DNA of 53,114 bases from Gemmatimonadaceae bacterium (GCA_044224875.1 JBGAJQ010000035.1:1-53114), one strand, 5' to 3'. Shown: positions 18,499 to 29,040, counted from the stretch's first letter. The notes: generated from the sequence alone by a model not told the origin. Numbers and translations: made by a program.

Positions 18499-19896
18499 AT
18501 GTTCACTAAGCTTCATCGCGTGCTGGCCCTGCTTCGCGTCTACGCACGGGGCGGCCCCACCGGCGTGGCCCTGTCTGGGCTGTTGCTCGCGAGCCTAACG
18601 CCGAATCTGGCTGGTGCACAGCTCTCGCCACTTGATTCCATCGCGCGGCTTGCCGTCAGCCGCAACCTTGGACTTCGGCAGGTGCGCGAATCGGAGAAAC
18701 AGGGTGAGCTGGGAGTCCGCCGAGCGCGCGGGCTTTTTCTCCCCTCCGTCGGTCTCGAGGCGCGGTATTCCGAGCTGAGCGGCGCCATCGACATCGGGGA
18801 TGCGATCAACCCGGCGTACGCGGCCCTGAATCAGCTGATCGGGCACGAGGAGTTTCCGACGAACATCCACCAAACGCTGCCCTTCAAGCAGGAAACGAAG
18901 CTTCGCGCCACTATCCCGCTCTTCAATGGCGCCTTGTTCGCCAATCTCGCGGCGGCGAGGGCACTGCGCGACTTGGCGGGCGCGGAGCGGGCAGCTGCAA
19001 CGCGACGACTCGACGCCGACGCCCGCCTCGCCTTGCTGAACTACGCGCGGGCGGCCCGCGCCGTCGACATCTGGGACGCCGCCTTGCCCGTCCTCACGGA
19101 GAACGAGCGAGTGGCCGAGCGTCTGTTGAACGCTGGGTCCATCACTGGGGATGCCGTGTTTCGTGCGCGTGCGTCCCATGCGGACGGCGATCAGCAACGG
19201 GCCGACGCAATTCGCACCCGCGAGGCGGCCCTCGGCACGTTGAACGTGCTGCTGGACCGCGACCTCGATACCCCCGTTCCGGCATTGAGCGATTCGCTGC
19301 TGCCGGAACCCCCAACCATCACGCTGCAGCAGGCGCTGGTGCAGGCGCAACATCGAGAAGAGCGGGCCCAGGTCGTGGCGGGGCAGGACGCCGCCCGCGC
19401 GCAGCAGAAGGCTGCAACAAGCGCGTTCATGCCGAGCCTTGCCTTGGCCGCCGACTACGGGTTCCAAGGCAGTGACTATCGGTTCAATGGCCGGCACGAT
19501 GCCGCCATGGCGAGCGTCGTCTTGAGTTGGAACGTGTTCAACGGCGGCCAGGATGCCATTCGGCGACAGGAGGCGTCCTCGGCCCAGCAATCCATGGCCC
19601 TGCGCGCGGCGGAAGTGGACCGGATGATCGCCCTGGACGTGCGCACGACGTTCGACGCCGTCGCAGTGGCCCGTCAAGGCATGAGCGCCGCCACCGCCCG
19701 CGTGGAGGCTGCACGTCGCGCATTCCAACTCGTGGACCGGCGGTTCACTGAAGGACTCGCCACACACCTCGAGTGGTCCGATGCACGATCGCAGCTGACG
19801 GCCGCCGAGTTGAACCTGGTCCTCAGTCGCTACACGCTCGCGGCGCGCATCGTCGACCTCGAACGAGCGGCCGCCCTTCGCCCCTTGGTGCCATGA
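18499..19896 (+). CDS. TolC-family outer membrane efflux protein
   Basis: Two OEP repeats (FLPSVGL..PLFNG; FMPSLAL..WNVFNGG), helical segments, efflux operon context. Confidence 0.9.
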   Translation: MFTKLHRVLALLRVYARGGPTGVALSGLLLASLTPNLAGAQLSPLDSIARLAVSRNLGLRQVRESEKQGELGVRRARGLFLPSVGLEARYSELSGAIDIGDAINPAYAALNQLIGHEEFPTNIHQTLPFKQETKLRATIPLFNGALFANLAAARALRDLAGAERAAATRRLDADARLALLNYARAARAVDIWDAALPVLTENERVAERLLNAGSITGDAVFRARASHADGDQQRADAIRTREAALGTLNVLLDRDLDTPVPALSDSLLPEPPTITLQQALVQAQHREERAQVVAGQDAARAQQKAATSAFMPSLALAADYGFQGSDYRFNGRHDAAMASVVLSWNVFNGGQDAIRRQEASSAQQSMALRAAEVDRMIALDVRTTFDAVAVARQGMSAATARVEAARRAFQLVDRRFTEGLATHLEWSDARSQLTAAELNLVLSRYTLAARIVDLERAAALRPLVP

Positions 19897-21008
19897 TCAC
19901 GCCCACCCACCGACCCATGCGCGTTCTACTGCATTCACCCTCTCTTCGCCGGTTGCCGAGAGCGTTTCGTTCTGCGAGCGTCATCGCCGCCCTTGTCGCT
20001 GCGGCCTGTGGAGAAGCGGCCGAGGGAGCACCCGCCCCCGCCGAGGTCGTCACGCCAGTGACCTTGGTCCCGGTGGTTGCGGCTGGCGATCAAGGGTCGA
20101 TCACGGCCACCGGTACTCTTGGCGCGAAGGACGAAGTCACGCTCTCGTTCAAGATCGGTGGCATTGTCGCCCGTGTCCTTGTGGACGACGGCGCCACGGT
20201 GACGCGCGGGCAAGTCCTCGCGGTCCTGGATCAGCGCGAAATCGAGGCGTTGGTGGCGAAGGCTGCCGCGGGCGCTGACAAGAGCCGGCGGGACGCCGCG
20301 CGAGTCGAGCGCTTGTTCCACGACTCCGTCGCCACCCTCGCGCAGTGGCAGGACGCGCAGACGGGGCGCGATGCGGCCGAGGCGGATCTGCGCGCCGCGA
20401 AGGTGAACCACGAATTCGCGACCATCGTCGCGCCGTCTAATGGCGTGGTGCTGAGCCGAAGTGTCAGCGCGGGACAGTTGGTAGGTCCCGGAACGGCGGT
20501 GATTCAGTTTGCATCCTTCGCGCGAGGGAGCGTGTTGCGCGCAGGACTGCCCGACCGCGACGCCGTCGCCGTGAAGGTGGGAGCCCCCGTTCAAGTGACC
20601 TTCGACGCCGTCCCCGGGCGCGTGTTCGCGGGCCGCGTGTCGCAGATCGGCGCCGCGGCCGATGCGCGGACCGGCACGTTCATGGTCGAGTCGCGACTGG
20701 ATGGGGTAACCGGCCTGCCGAGTGGACTGGTGGGTCACCTAACGATTACGGGCAGCAACACAAGGGGCGCAACGCGGACGGTAGGTGTCGCCGCCATTCC
20801 AGCGGAGGCACTTGTGGAGGGCAATGGTGAGCACGGCGTCGTGTTTACCGTCGATGCGGCCTCGCAACGAGCCAAGCGCATTCCGGTCACCTTGGTGGGC
20901 GTGGACGGCGATCACGTGCTGGTGCGCGGTCTGGACGGCGTCGGTCGCGTCGTACGGGCCGGGGCCACCTGGTTGACCGACTCGGCCAAGGTGGAGGTCA
21001 AGCCATGA
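19893..21008 (+). CDS. RND efflux periplasmic adaptor (MFP), lipoprotein
   Basis: ATGA overlap with tolC, VAAAC lipobox, LSFKIGGIVARVLVDDGATVTRGQVLAVLD, IVAPSNGVV. Confidence 0.92.
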   Translation: MITPTHRPMRVLLHSPSLRRLPRAFRSASVIAALVAAACGEAAEGAPAPAEVVTPVTLVPVVAAGDQGSITATGTLGAKDEVTLSFKIGGIVARVLVDDGATVTRGQVLAVLDQREIEALVAKAAAGADKSRRDAARVERLFHDSVATLAQWQDAQTGRDAAEADLRAAKVNHEFATIVAPSNGVVLSRSVSAGQLVGPGTAVIQFASFARGSVLRAGLPDRDAVAVKVGAPVQVTFDAVPGRVFAGRVSQIGAAADARTGTFMVESRLDGVTGLPSGLVGHLTITGSNTRGATRTVGVAAIPAEALVEGNGEHGVVFTVDAASQRAKRIPVTLVGVDGDHVLVRGLDGVGRVVRAGATWLTDSAKVEVKP

Positions 21009-24000
21009 AGCTCGCCGAATTCTCCGTGAAGCGATGGCAGTTCACCATCCTGATGTTCCTCATGCTGGCCGCCCTGGGGATCGCGAGCTGGTTTCGCATT
21101 CCTCGCGGTGAAGACCCGATCTTCCCGATCCCGATCCTCAATGTGATCGCGGTCTACCCAGGCGCGTCACCGAACGACATGGAGCAGCTGGTGGTGGACA
21201 AGATCGAGGACAAGCTGGGCGCCCTGGAGCGTGTGAAGAAGTTGACGTCGTGGGCTGAGGACGGGTTGGCCGTGTCGCAGCTGGAGTTCGATCCCGGGGT
21301 GGACGCAGACCGGAAGGAAGACGAGGTCCTGCGGGAAATGAATGCGCTGCGCCCGTCGCTTCCGTCGGGTTTGGCCCGCCTGGAGGTCATTCGCGCCTCC
21401 GGGACCAACGTCAACATTCTGCAGGCGGCGTTGGTGAGCGAGACGCTGCCCTTTGCGCAGTTGGATTCGATCGCGCACCGTATGCAGGACCGCCTGGAGC
21501 GCTTGCCAGGGATCAAGAAGTCGCAACGATGGGCGGCACCGCCGCGTGAGGTGCTGGTCGACCTGGATCTGGAGCGACTGAGCCGCCTGGGCGTGCCGTC
21601 CACGCAAGTCATGCAGGCGATCGGCAGTGACAACGTTGCCATCCCGGGTGGCAGCGTAGACGCCGGCCAGCGACGGTTCAACCTGGTACCTCAGGGACGA
21701 TACCGAACGATCGAGGAAGTCCAGAACACGGTCGTAGCTGGCGGCCGAGCCGGCGTCGTGCGCCTGAAGGACGTGGCCGCTGTGCGTTGGGGGTACGGGG
21801 ATCCCGTGCACATCGGCCGCTGGAATGGCAAGCGCGCCGTGTTCGTGACGGCGGCCATGCAGGAGGGATTCAACATTGCCCAGGTGAAGGCTGCCATGTG
21901 GCCTGAGCTGGATCGGCTGGAACAGGCGCTGCCATCTGGCGTAACGATGGAACGCGGATTCGATCAGGCGGCGAATGTGGACCGGCGCCTATCGCGTCTG
22001 GCGGAGGACTTCGCCATCGCCCTGGCGCTGGTGCTCCTGACACTCTTGCCGCTCGGCACACGCGCGTCGCTGGTGGTCATGGTGTCGATTCCGTTGTCCC
22101 TGGCGATGGCCGTGACGCTGCTGGACGTGACCGGGTACAGCATCAACCAGCTATCGATCGTCGGATTCGTGATTGCCCTGGGACTGTTGGTGGACGACAG
22201 CATTGTGGTCGTCGAGAACATCACCAGGTTCCTTCGTACCGGCCATACGCGCCGCGAGGCCGCGGTACAGGCCACGCGACAGATTGCGGTGGCGGTGATG
22301 GGAGCTACGGCAACGCTGATTTTCGCCTTCCTGCCGCTCATCTTCCTTCCGGGGCTTGCCGGCCGGTACATCCGTTCGCTGCCGATTGCCGTGGTGTACG
22401 CGGTGGTGGCATCCCTGTTCGTCAGCTTCACCATCGTGCCCTGGCTGGCGTCGTTGGTGCTGCCACGTACGCAGGCCGCACACGGGAACCGGTTCCTGCA
22501 GCTGCTCGAGCGCGGGATCCAGAAGTCGTACGCGCCGCTTCTACACCGGGCGCTCGGGAATCCCGTGCGCACGCTGGCGGTGGCAGGCGCGCTGGTGATC
22601 AGTTCCTTGGCGCTCGTGCCGCTGGTGGGTTTCTCGCTCTTCCCCAAGGCCGGAACGCCGCAATTCCTGGTCGACATCGAGACCCCCGTCGGCTCCACCA
22701 TCGAAACGACGGATCAAGCGGCGCGGTTCGTGGAGCGCACGTTGCTGAAGCATCCGAACGTTCGCGGTGTGTTCACGAATGTCGGCAAGGGAAACCCGTT
22801 CGTGTACTACAACGTGGCGGCGAAGCAAGAAGCGGCGAACGCGGGCCAGCTCTTCGTCCTGTTGCACGCGTATGAACCGAAAGAGACCCCGCGCATGCTC
22901 GATTCCCTGCGGGCGACGCTGGCGCAGTATGCTGGGGCCCGCATCGAAGTGCGTGAGTTCGAGAACGGCCCACCGATCGACGCACCGATTGCCATGCGCA
23001 TCGAAGGCCCCAACCTCGACTCGTTGCGCAGCGTGGCGGCGCGAGTAGCGCGGGTGGTGGAGGGCACGCCGGGAACGCAGTACGTGAAGAACCCGCTGGC
23101 CGTGGCGCGGACGGACCTCGCCATTCAGGTCGATCGGCAAAAGGCGGGACTGGTGGGTGTTGCCACGGCGGAGTTGGATCGGACCGTTCGCCTGGGCGTG
23201 GCGGGGCTGGAAGTCGGCATGTTTCGCGCGCCCGACGGCGATGAGTATCCCATCACGCTGCGAGTTGCACGCGACGGGAGACCCACCGCGTCCATCCTCG
23301 ACCGAATCCAGGTGGCCTCAACGACCGGGGCCATGGTGCCGTTGAACCAGCTGGCGCATGTGGCGTTCAAGGGATCGCCGACGTCGATCACCCACTACGA
23401 CCAGGAGCGCGCGGTCACCGTCACCGGGTGGGTGCGCACTGGCTACAACACGGATCGCGTGACCAAGGCAGTCCTCGGCAGCCTGGACGGTCTGTCCCTT
23501 CCCGCGGGATATCGGCTGGTGCCAGCCGGAGAGATCGAGAGCCGGCAGGAGAGTTTCGGCGGCATCGGGACGGCGATCATCGTCGCCGTATTCGGGATCC
23601 TCGCCATCCTGGTGCTGGAATTTCGGACCTTCAAGAGCACACTCGTGGTCGCGTCGGTTATCCCGTTAGGCATCGTCGGCGGGATCGTGGCCCTCTTTCT
23701 GAGTGGCAACACGCTCAGCTTCACGGCGATGATCGGTTTTGTAGCGCTGATCGGCATCGAGATCAAGACGTCGATCCTGCTCGTGGACTTCACCGACGAG
23801 CTGCGTCGCGATGGGCTTTCGCTGGACGATGCGATCCAACGCGCCGGCGAGATTCGTTTCGTCCCCATCGTGCTCACCTCACTGACCGCGATCGGCGGGT
23901 TGTTGCCTCTAGCGACGCAGGGATCCTCTCTCTATTCGCCACTGGCCTGGGTGATCATCGGCGGCTTGGTCTCGTCCACGTTGATTGCGCGACTCGTCAC

Positions 24001-24082
24001 GCCTGTGATGTACCGGCTTCTGGCGCCGAAGTTGGAGTTTACGCAGGAACACGAGGTCGTCCCGCTCCCTGTTCACTCCTGA
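21005..24082 (+). CDS. RND efflux permease (AcrB/AcrD/AcrF family)
   Basis: 1025 aa, YPGASP, GLLVDDSIVVVENI, IKTSILLVDF, RFVPIVLT, IIGGLVSST; ATGA overlap. Confidence 0.96.
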   Translation: MKLAEFSVKRWQFTILMFLMLAALGIASWFRIPRGEDPIFPIPILNVIAVYPGASPNDMEQLVVDKIEDKLGALERVKKLTSWAEDGLAVSQLEFDPGVDADRKEDEVLREMNALRPSLPSGLARLEVIRASGTNVNILQAALVSETLPFAQLDSIAHRMQDRLERLPGIKKSQRWAAPPREVLVDLDLERLSRLGVPSTQVMQAIGSDNVAIPGGSVDAGQRRFNLVPQGRYRTIEEVQNTVVAGGRAGVVRLKDVAAVRWGYGDPVHIGRWNGKRAVFVTAAMQEGFNIAQVKAAMWPELDRLEQALPSGVTMERGFDQAANVDRRLSRLAEDFAIALALVLLTLLPLGTRASLVVMVSIPLSLAMAVTLLDVTGYSINQLSIVGFVIALGLLVDDSIVVVENITRFLRTGHTRREAAVQATRQIAVAVMGATATLIFAFLPLIFLPGLAGRYIRSLPIAVVYAVVASLFVSFTIVPWLASLVLPRTQAAHGNRFLQLLERGIQKSYAPLLHRALGNPVRTLAVAGALVISSLALVPLVGFSLFPKAGTPQFLVDIETPVGSTIETTDQAARFVERTLLKHPNVRGVFTNVGKGNPFVYYNVAAKQEAANAGQLFVLLHAYEPKETPRMLDSLRATLAQYAGARIEVREFENGPPIDAPIAMRIEGPNLDSLRSVAARVARVVEGTPGTQYVKNPLAVARTDLAIQVDRQKAGLVGVATAELDRTVRLGVAGLEVGMFRAPDGDEYPITLRVARDGRPTASILDRIQVASTTGAMVPLNQLAHVAFKGSPTSITHYDQERAVTVTGWVRTGYNTDRVTKAVLGSLDGLSLPAGYRLVPAGEIESRQESFGGIGTAIIVAVFGILAILVLEFRTFKSTLVVASVIPLGIVGGIVALFLSGNTLSFTAMIGFVALIGIEIKTSILLVDFTDELRRDGLSLDDAIQRAGEIRFVPIVLTSLTAIGGLLPLATQGSSLYSPLAWVIIGGLVSSTLIARLVTPVMYRLLAPKLEFTQEHEVVPLPVHS

Positions 24083-24178
24083 CGTGGCGCTGCCCACTGG
24101 AGTAGCTTCCTCCATCAGCGCTCGCCGCCGAACGCGTTGTCTCCGACATCCTTTCTTCACTCGTCTTTGTCATCCGCC

Positions 24179-26443
24179 ATGTCTCGCATCGCCACTGCCA
24201 CGATTCTGCCGGCCGCCTTGCTCGTGCTGTTGCCCGCGGCGTCCCTCTATGAAGATCCCCCGATCCGCGGGTTTACCGCGGCATCCGCGAAGGTTCAGCG
24301 AGAGTGGGAAGCGAAGTACCGTGCCTTGCCGGAGCCGGGGCGCATGCGGGAAGCGATGCGCCGATTGGCGGCTCGCCCGCATCATCTCGGGTCGGCTTAC
24401 GGGAAGGACAACGCGGAGTGGCTGCGCGACCAGTTTGCGTCGTACGGGTGGGACGCGCGGATCGAACGATTCGACGTCCTTTTCCCGACCCCCAAGGCTC
24501 GCGCGCTGGAAATGCTCTCGCCAACGAAGTTCACGGCGAAGCTGGAGGAGCCCATCCTCAAGGAAGACCCCACGACGAATCAACGGGCGGAGCAGCTACC
24601 GACGTACAACGCGTACTCCGGCGATGGCGATGTCACCGCACCGCTCGTGTACGTGAACTACGGGGTCCCGGCCGACTACGAGCAGCTCGAACGCCGTGGC
24701 ATTTCGGTCAAGGGCGCTATCGTGATCGCGCGCTATGGCGGATCGTGGCGAGGCATCAAGCCCAAGGTGGCCTACGAACACGGAGCCGTGGGTGCGCTGA
24801 TCTACTCCGATCCGGGTGATGACGGATACTCCGAGGGTGACACGTACCCAAACGGGCCGTATCGCCCGCGCGACGGCGTGCAGCGTGGGAGCGTGATGGA
24901 CATGCCCACGTATCCCGGCGACCCGCTGACGCCAGGGGTCGGGGCTTCGCCAGGCGCAACGCGACTGGACCGGAAGGATGCCACGACGATCATGAAGATT
25001 CCGGTGCTGCCCATTTCGTATGCCGACGCGCAGCCGCTGCTGGCCGCGCTCACCGGCCCCGTCGCCCCGCGATCGTGGCGGGGCGGGCTGCCGATCACGT
25101 ATCGACTGGGTCCATCCGGTTCGGTGCACCTGAAGGCCGAATTCGACTGGAAGCAGACGCCGTTGTACAACGTCATCGCCACGCTGAAGGGATCGACCAA
25201 CCCCGATGAGTGGGTCGTGCGTGGGAATCACCACGACGGTTGGGTGAATGGCGCCGAGGACCCGATTTCCGGGCTGGTGGCCGAACTGGAAGAGGCGCGC
25301 GCGTTAGGCGAATTGGTGAAGCAGGGATGGCGGCCAAAGCGGTCTATCGTCTACGCGGCGTGGGACGGCGAGGAGCCGTCCTTGCTGGGTTCGACGGAGT
25401 GGGTGGAGGAACACCTGCCAGAACTGAAGACGAAGGCGGTGTTCTACGTGAACACCGACGGCAACGGGCGTGGCATGCTGGGCGCCGGGGGCTCACACTC
25501 CCTCGAGCGGTTCGTGACCGAGGTTGCGAACGAGATCACGGATCCCGAGGCGAATGTGTCGGTGGCACAACGCCTCCGGGCGGCTCAAGTACTCGGTGGC
25601 AACGCCGAGGCGCGATCCAGAAAGGACATTCGGCTCGAAGCGTTAGGTTCGGGGTCGGACTTCACGCCCTTCCTGCAGCATGCCGGTGTCCCAACCCTGA
25701 ACGTTGGCTTTGGCGGGGAAGACGGCGGCGGTATCTACCATTCGATCTACGACAGCTTCGCGTGGTACACGAGGTTCAGCGACACGTCGTTCGTGTACGG
25801 GAAGGCGCTGGCGCAGTTGGTCGGCACCATGATGATGCGGGTGGCCAACGCCGACCTGCTTCCGGCGGAGTTTGGCAACCTCTCCGAGACCACGCGACGC
25901 TATGTGTCGGAGGTGACGACACTCCGGGAAACGACGGCCAAGGAGATCGAGGAGCTGAATCGTCGACTGGCCGAGGGTGCGTACACGATCGCCGACGATC
26001 CACGACGACCGTTGCAGCCGCCGAAGGGCGAGGCGCCGGCGCCCTACCTGAACTTTGCGCCGATCCAGAACGCGACGGACTCGCTGGCCCGCGCCGCCGA
26101 GCGCTATGAAAAGGCGTATGGCGCGTTGGCGTCGGGTGTGGCCTCACCGGCGTCGCTCGCGCAAGTGAATGCCCTGTTGCGACAGACCGACCAGGCGATG
26201 TTGGTTCCCGGTGGGCTCCCCAAGCGTCCGTGGTACCAGCACGCGCTCTACGCCCCGGGCTACTACACCGGCTATGGCGTGAAGACGCTGCCCGGTGTGC
26301 GCGAAGCGATCGAGCAGAAGGACTGGAAACTGGCGGACGAACAGATCGGCAAACTGGCCGCCGCGTTAGGCCGCGAGAGCGACTTGATTATCAGGGCTGC
26401 GCAATTGCTCGAACAGGCGACGAACACGAAGCCGATTCCGTAG
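24179..26443 (+). CDS. M28 peptidase, glutamate carboxypeptidase II-like (PA, M28, TFR dimer domains)
   Basis: LVYVNYG, GVQRGSV, GNHHDGW, GAEDPISG, WDGEE, LGSGSDF, YHSIYD, GYGVKTLPGVREAIE. Confidence 0.95.
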   Translation: MSRIATATILPAALLVLLPAASLYEDPPIRGFTAASAKVQREWEAKYRALPEPGRMREAMRRLAARPHHLGSAYGKDNAEWLRDQFASYGWDARIERFDVLFPTPKARALEMLSPTKFTAKLEEPILKEDPTTNQRAEQLPTYNAYSGDGDVTAPLVYVNYGVPADYEQLERRGISVKGAIVIARYGGSWRGIKPKVAYEHGAVGALIYSDPGDDGYSEGDTYPNGPYRPRDGVQRGSVMDMPTYPGDPLTPGVGASPGATRLDRKDATTIMKIPVLPISYADAQPLLAALTGPVAPRSWRGGLPITYRLGPSGSVHLKAEFDWKQTPLYNVIATLKGSTNPDEWVVRGNHHDGWVNGAEDPISGLVAELEEARALGELVKQGWRPKRSIVYAAWDGEEPSLLGSTEWVEEHLPELKTKAVFYVNTDGNGRGMLGAGGSHSLERFVTEVANEITDPEANVSVAQRLRAAQVLGGNAEARSRKDIRLEALGSGSDFTPFLQHAGVPTLNVGFGGEDGGGIYHSIYDSFAWYTRFSDTSFVYGKALAQLVGTMMMRVANADLLPAEFGNLSETTRRYVSEVTTLRETTAKEIEELNRRLAEGAYTIADDPRRPLQPPKGEAPAPYLNFAPIQNATDSLARAAERYEKAYGALASGVASPASLAQVNALLRQTDQAMLVPGGLPKRPWYQHALYAPGYYTGYGVKTLPGVREAIEQKDWKLADEQIGKLAAALGRESDLIIRAAQLLEQATNTKPIP

Positions 26444-26467
26444 CAGGTCGTTAAATGGCGCAAGGAA

Positions 26468-26509
26468 CGAGCCGGCGGACGGGTCGCAACACGACCCTCC
26501 GCGGGCTCG
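26468..26509. terminator. GC-rich hairpin between convergent genes
   Basis: CGAGCC..GCGGA.GGGTCG-caaca-CGACCC TCCGC..GGCTCG; no strong U-tract. Confidence 0.55.
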
Positions 26510-26512
26510 GCG

Positions 26513-28228
26513 TTATGCGCCGGCGCGATCGCGTCGAACCTGCAGCTTCTTCCCCTTGATGGTCGTGGAGCCTAACGCGGCGATCACCTCATCCACCGCG
26601 CTCTCGGGAACCTCGACCACCGAATGACGGTCGAAGATCGTGATGGGACCGATCTCCTTCCCCGACAGCCCGGCCTCGTTTGCGATCGCACCCACCAGGT
26701 CCCCGGCCGAAATCTTGAGCTTGCGCCCGCCGCCCACGAAGATCCTCCCTGTGGGCCCGCCGCGCAGTCGTCGTTCGCGCCGAGCGCCGTCCCGTGTCTT
26801 GCGTCGTGGCGACGCCTCCTCCAACACCGGTGGGCGGGGCGGGCGATCGAGCACCGCGGGAATCTCCGCCTCCTCACCCGCACCGTCTCGTGACTCGGCG
26901 TGCTTCACAGCGGCGGCGGCGACGTCCATCAGGTCAAACTCCTCCGCCAGCGATTCCACGATGGCGCGGTACCGATCCAGCGCTCCCTCCAGAATCGTCT
27001 CGCGCAGGGCGGCGCGCGTCACCTCCAATCGGCGCGCGTGCAGGTCCGCGACGGTGGGAACCGGCAAGTACTCGATCGCCTGACGGGTGACCTGCTCGAT
27101 ATTTCGCAGCATGCGATGCTCGCGCGGTTCGGCCAGGGTGATCGCCACCCCTTCGCGTCCGGCGCGACCCGTCCGTCCGATGCGGTGCACGTACGCATCT
27201 GCTGCCGACGGGACGTCGTAGTTGACCACGTGCGAGACGTGTTGCACATCCAGCCCACGTGCGGCCACATCCGTCGCGATGAGCAAGTCGGTCTTGTGCG
27301 CGCGGAACTTCTTCATCACGCGATCGCGTTGTTCCTGCGTCAGCCCGCCATGGATGGCCTCTGATCGGTACCCCCGGGCGTTCAGCGTTTCCGTCAGCTC
27401 GTCGACCTCGGTGCGAGTGCGGCAGAAGACGATGGCCGACGTCGGGTGCTCGACGTCGAGTACCCGGGCCAGGGCGCCCATCTTGTTTGCGCGGGAGACG
27501 ACGTACGCCACTTGGCGAACCTTGGCGCGTCCGCCGGAAGTGACGGCGTCCCGGTCGATTCGCACGGTCTTGGGGTCGCGCAGGTGCGTCTTGGCGATCA
27601 GGGCAATGCGCGGCGGGATCGTCGCGGAGAAGAGGGCCGTCTGCCGTTCGGTGGGGACGGCGGCGAGGATGGCCTCCAGGTCGTCGGCGAATCCCATGTC
27701 CAGCATCTCGTCAGCTTCATCCAGCACCACGACCCGCACGTCTTGCAGGTGCAACGTCCGGCGACGGATGTGGTCCAGGGCACGGCCAGGGGTAGCGACG
27801 ACGACATCGACGCCGCGCTTGAGGGCGCGGATCTGCGCTTCCATGGAGGCCCCTCCATAGATCGGGAGCGCGATGACGCCCAGTTCCTTGCCGTATCGAT
27901 GGATGGCCTCAGCCACCTGCATCGCCAGCTCGCGCGTGGGAACGAGTACCAGGGCGGCCGTTCGCTCACGCGCCGGAGCGTCGGGTTGCACCTGATGCAA
28001 CAAGGGGAGCGCGAATGCCGCTGTCTTGCCGGTGCCCGTCGCGGCCATCGCCAACACGTCGCGCCCGGCCATCAGGAGCGGAATGGCAGCGCGCTGGATA
28101 GGGGTCGGCTCCTCGTAGCCGAGCTTGGTGAGCGCGGCGACGAGTCGGAGGTCCAATTGGAGCGAGCCGAACCCTGTGGACGCCAAGGGCACGGGAGCGG
28201 GCGGGGCACTTTCGCGGTGTGGAGTCAT
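26513..28228 (-). CDS. deaD: DEAD-box RNA helicase DeaD/CsdA with DbpA-type C-terminal RNA-binding domain
   Basis: Q motif PTPIQ, ATGTGKT, PTRELA, TPGR, DEAD, SAT, ARGLD, HRIGRTGRAG, C-terminal GDLVGAIANE. Confidence 0.93.
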   Translation of the reverse strand: MTPHRESAPPAPVPLASTGFGSLQLDLRLVAALTKLGYEEPTPIQRAAIPLLMAGRDVLAMAATGTGKTAAFALPLLHQVQPDAPARERTAALVLVPTRELAMQVAEAIHRYGKELGVIALPIYGGASMEAQIRALKRGVDVVVATPGRALDHIRRRTLHLQDVRVVVLDEADEMLDMGFADDLEAILAAVPTERQTALFSATIPPRIALIAKTHLRDPKTVRIDRDAVTSGGRAKVRQVAYVVSRANKMGALARVLDVEHPTSAIVFCRTRTEVDELTETLNARGYRSEAIHGGLTQEQRDRVMKKFRAHKTDLLIATDVAARGLDVQHVSHVVNYDVPSAADAYVHRIGRTGRAGREGVAITLAEPREHRMLRNIEQVTRQAIEYLPVPTVADLHARRLEVTRAALRETILEGALDRYRAIVESLAEEFDLMDVAAAAVKHAESRDGAGEEAEIPAVLDRPPRPPVLEEASPRRKTRDGARRERRLRGGPTGRIFVGGGRKLKISAGDLVGAIANEAGLSGKEIGPITIFDRHSVVEVPESAVDEVIAALGSTTIKGKKLQVRRDRAGA

Positions 28229-28545
28229 GTCCAAAGCTATACGCCCCGTGGGCTTGCCGCGGCTTCGCCCACGACCTTCAGGCCGCGTGCCGTAGCCGGA
28301 ACGGGATCAGATCGCGACCGGTGAAGCATGGTGGCCGCCGAAACGGCGATCCGGGTGGTTCGTCGCGGCGCGGAATTCGCGCGCAAGAAGCAGGCGGGTT
28401 TAGGGCGCTACACAGGCGTTGCGGCTGATACGAAACCGTAGCGAGCCCGTCGCTTTTCCCCGATTGCGAGCCGCCTGACTGCATCTCATGGTGAAGGGGC
28501 GAAGCCCGTGTGCTTCGCGGGTTGTCCATAGTGAGGAGCGTCGCC

Positions 28546-29040
28546 ATGACGAACATCAGCATCAGGAAGGACTCGGAGTCGGCACAGGGCCTGCCGGTAT
28601 TTCGCGAACTGGCCCAACGCATGGAGCAGGTGCAACAGCGCGCGTTCGAGCTGTTTGAGCGGCGGGGAGGAGCGCCGGGGCGCGATCTGGACGACTGGCT
28701 GGCCGCCGAGCACGACGTCCTGGGATGGCCGGCGGCCGAACTGAAAGAGGGACCCAACGACTACGAGGTAGAGGTCACCCTACCTGGCTTTGCCGCGAGG
28801 GACGTGGAGGTGACGGCCACGCCGACTCAGCTGATCGTACACGCGGCCGTGGAGCAACAGGCGTCAGGCAAGGAGGCGGGCGTCGCGTGGTCGGAGTTCG
28901 GCACAAACGACGTGTATCGCCGCCTGTCATTCCCTGAGCGCGTGGACGCACAGAAGGTCACCGCCGACTTCGACAACGGGCTGCTCCGGGTCAAGGCACC
29001 CAAGTCCCAAACCGTGTCGCCAGCGGCAACACCCGTATAG
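28546..29040 (+). CDS. Small heat-shock protein Hsp20 with N-terminal DUF2934-like segment
   Basis: GAGGAG SD; QRAFELFERRG..GRDLDDWLAAE followed by alpha-crystallin LPGF..DVEV..RRLSFPERVD..ADFDNGLLRVKAPK. Confidence 0.88.
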   Translation: MTNISIRKDSESAQGLPVFRELAQRMEQVQQRAFELFERRGGAPGRDLDDWLAAEHDVLGWPAAELKEGPNDYEVEVTLPGFAARDVEVTATPTQLIVHAAVEQQASGKEAGVAWSEFGTNDVYRRLSFPERVDAQKVTADFDNGLLRVKAPKSQTVSPAATPV

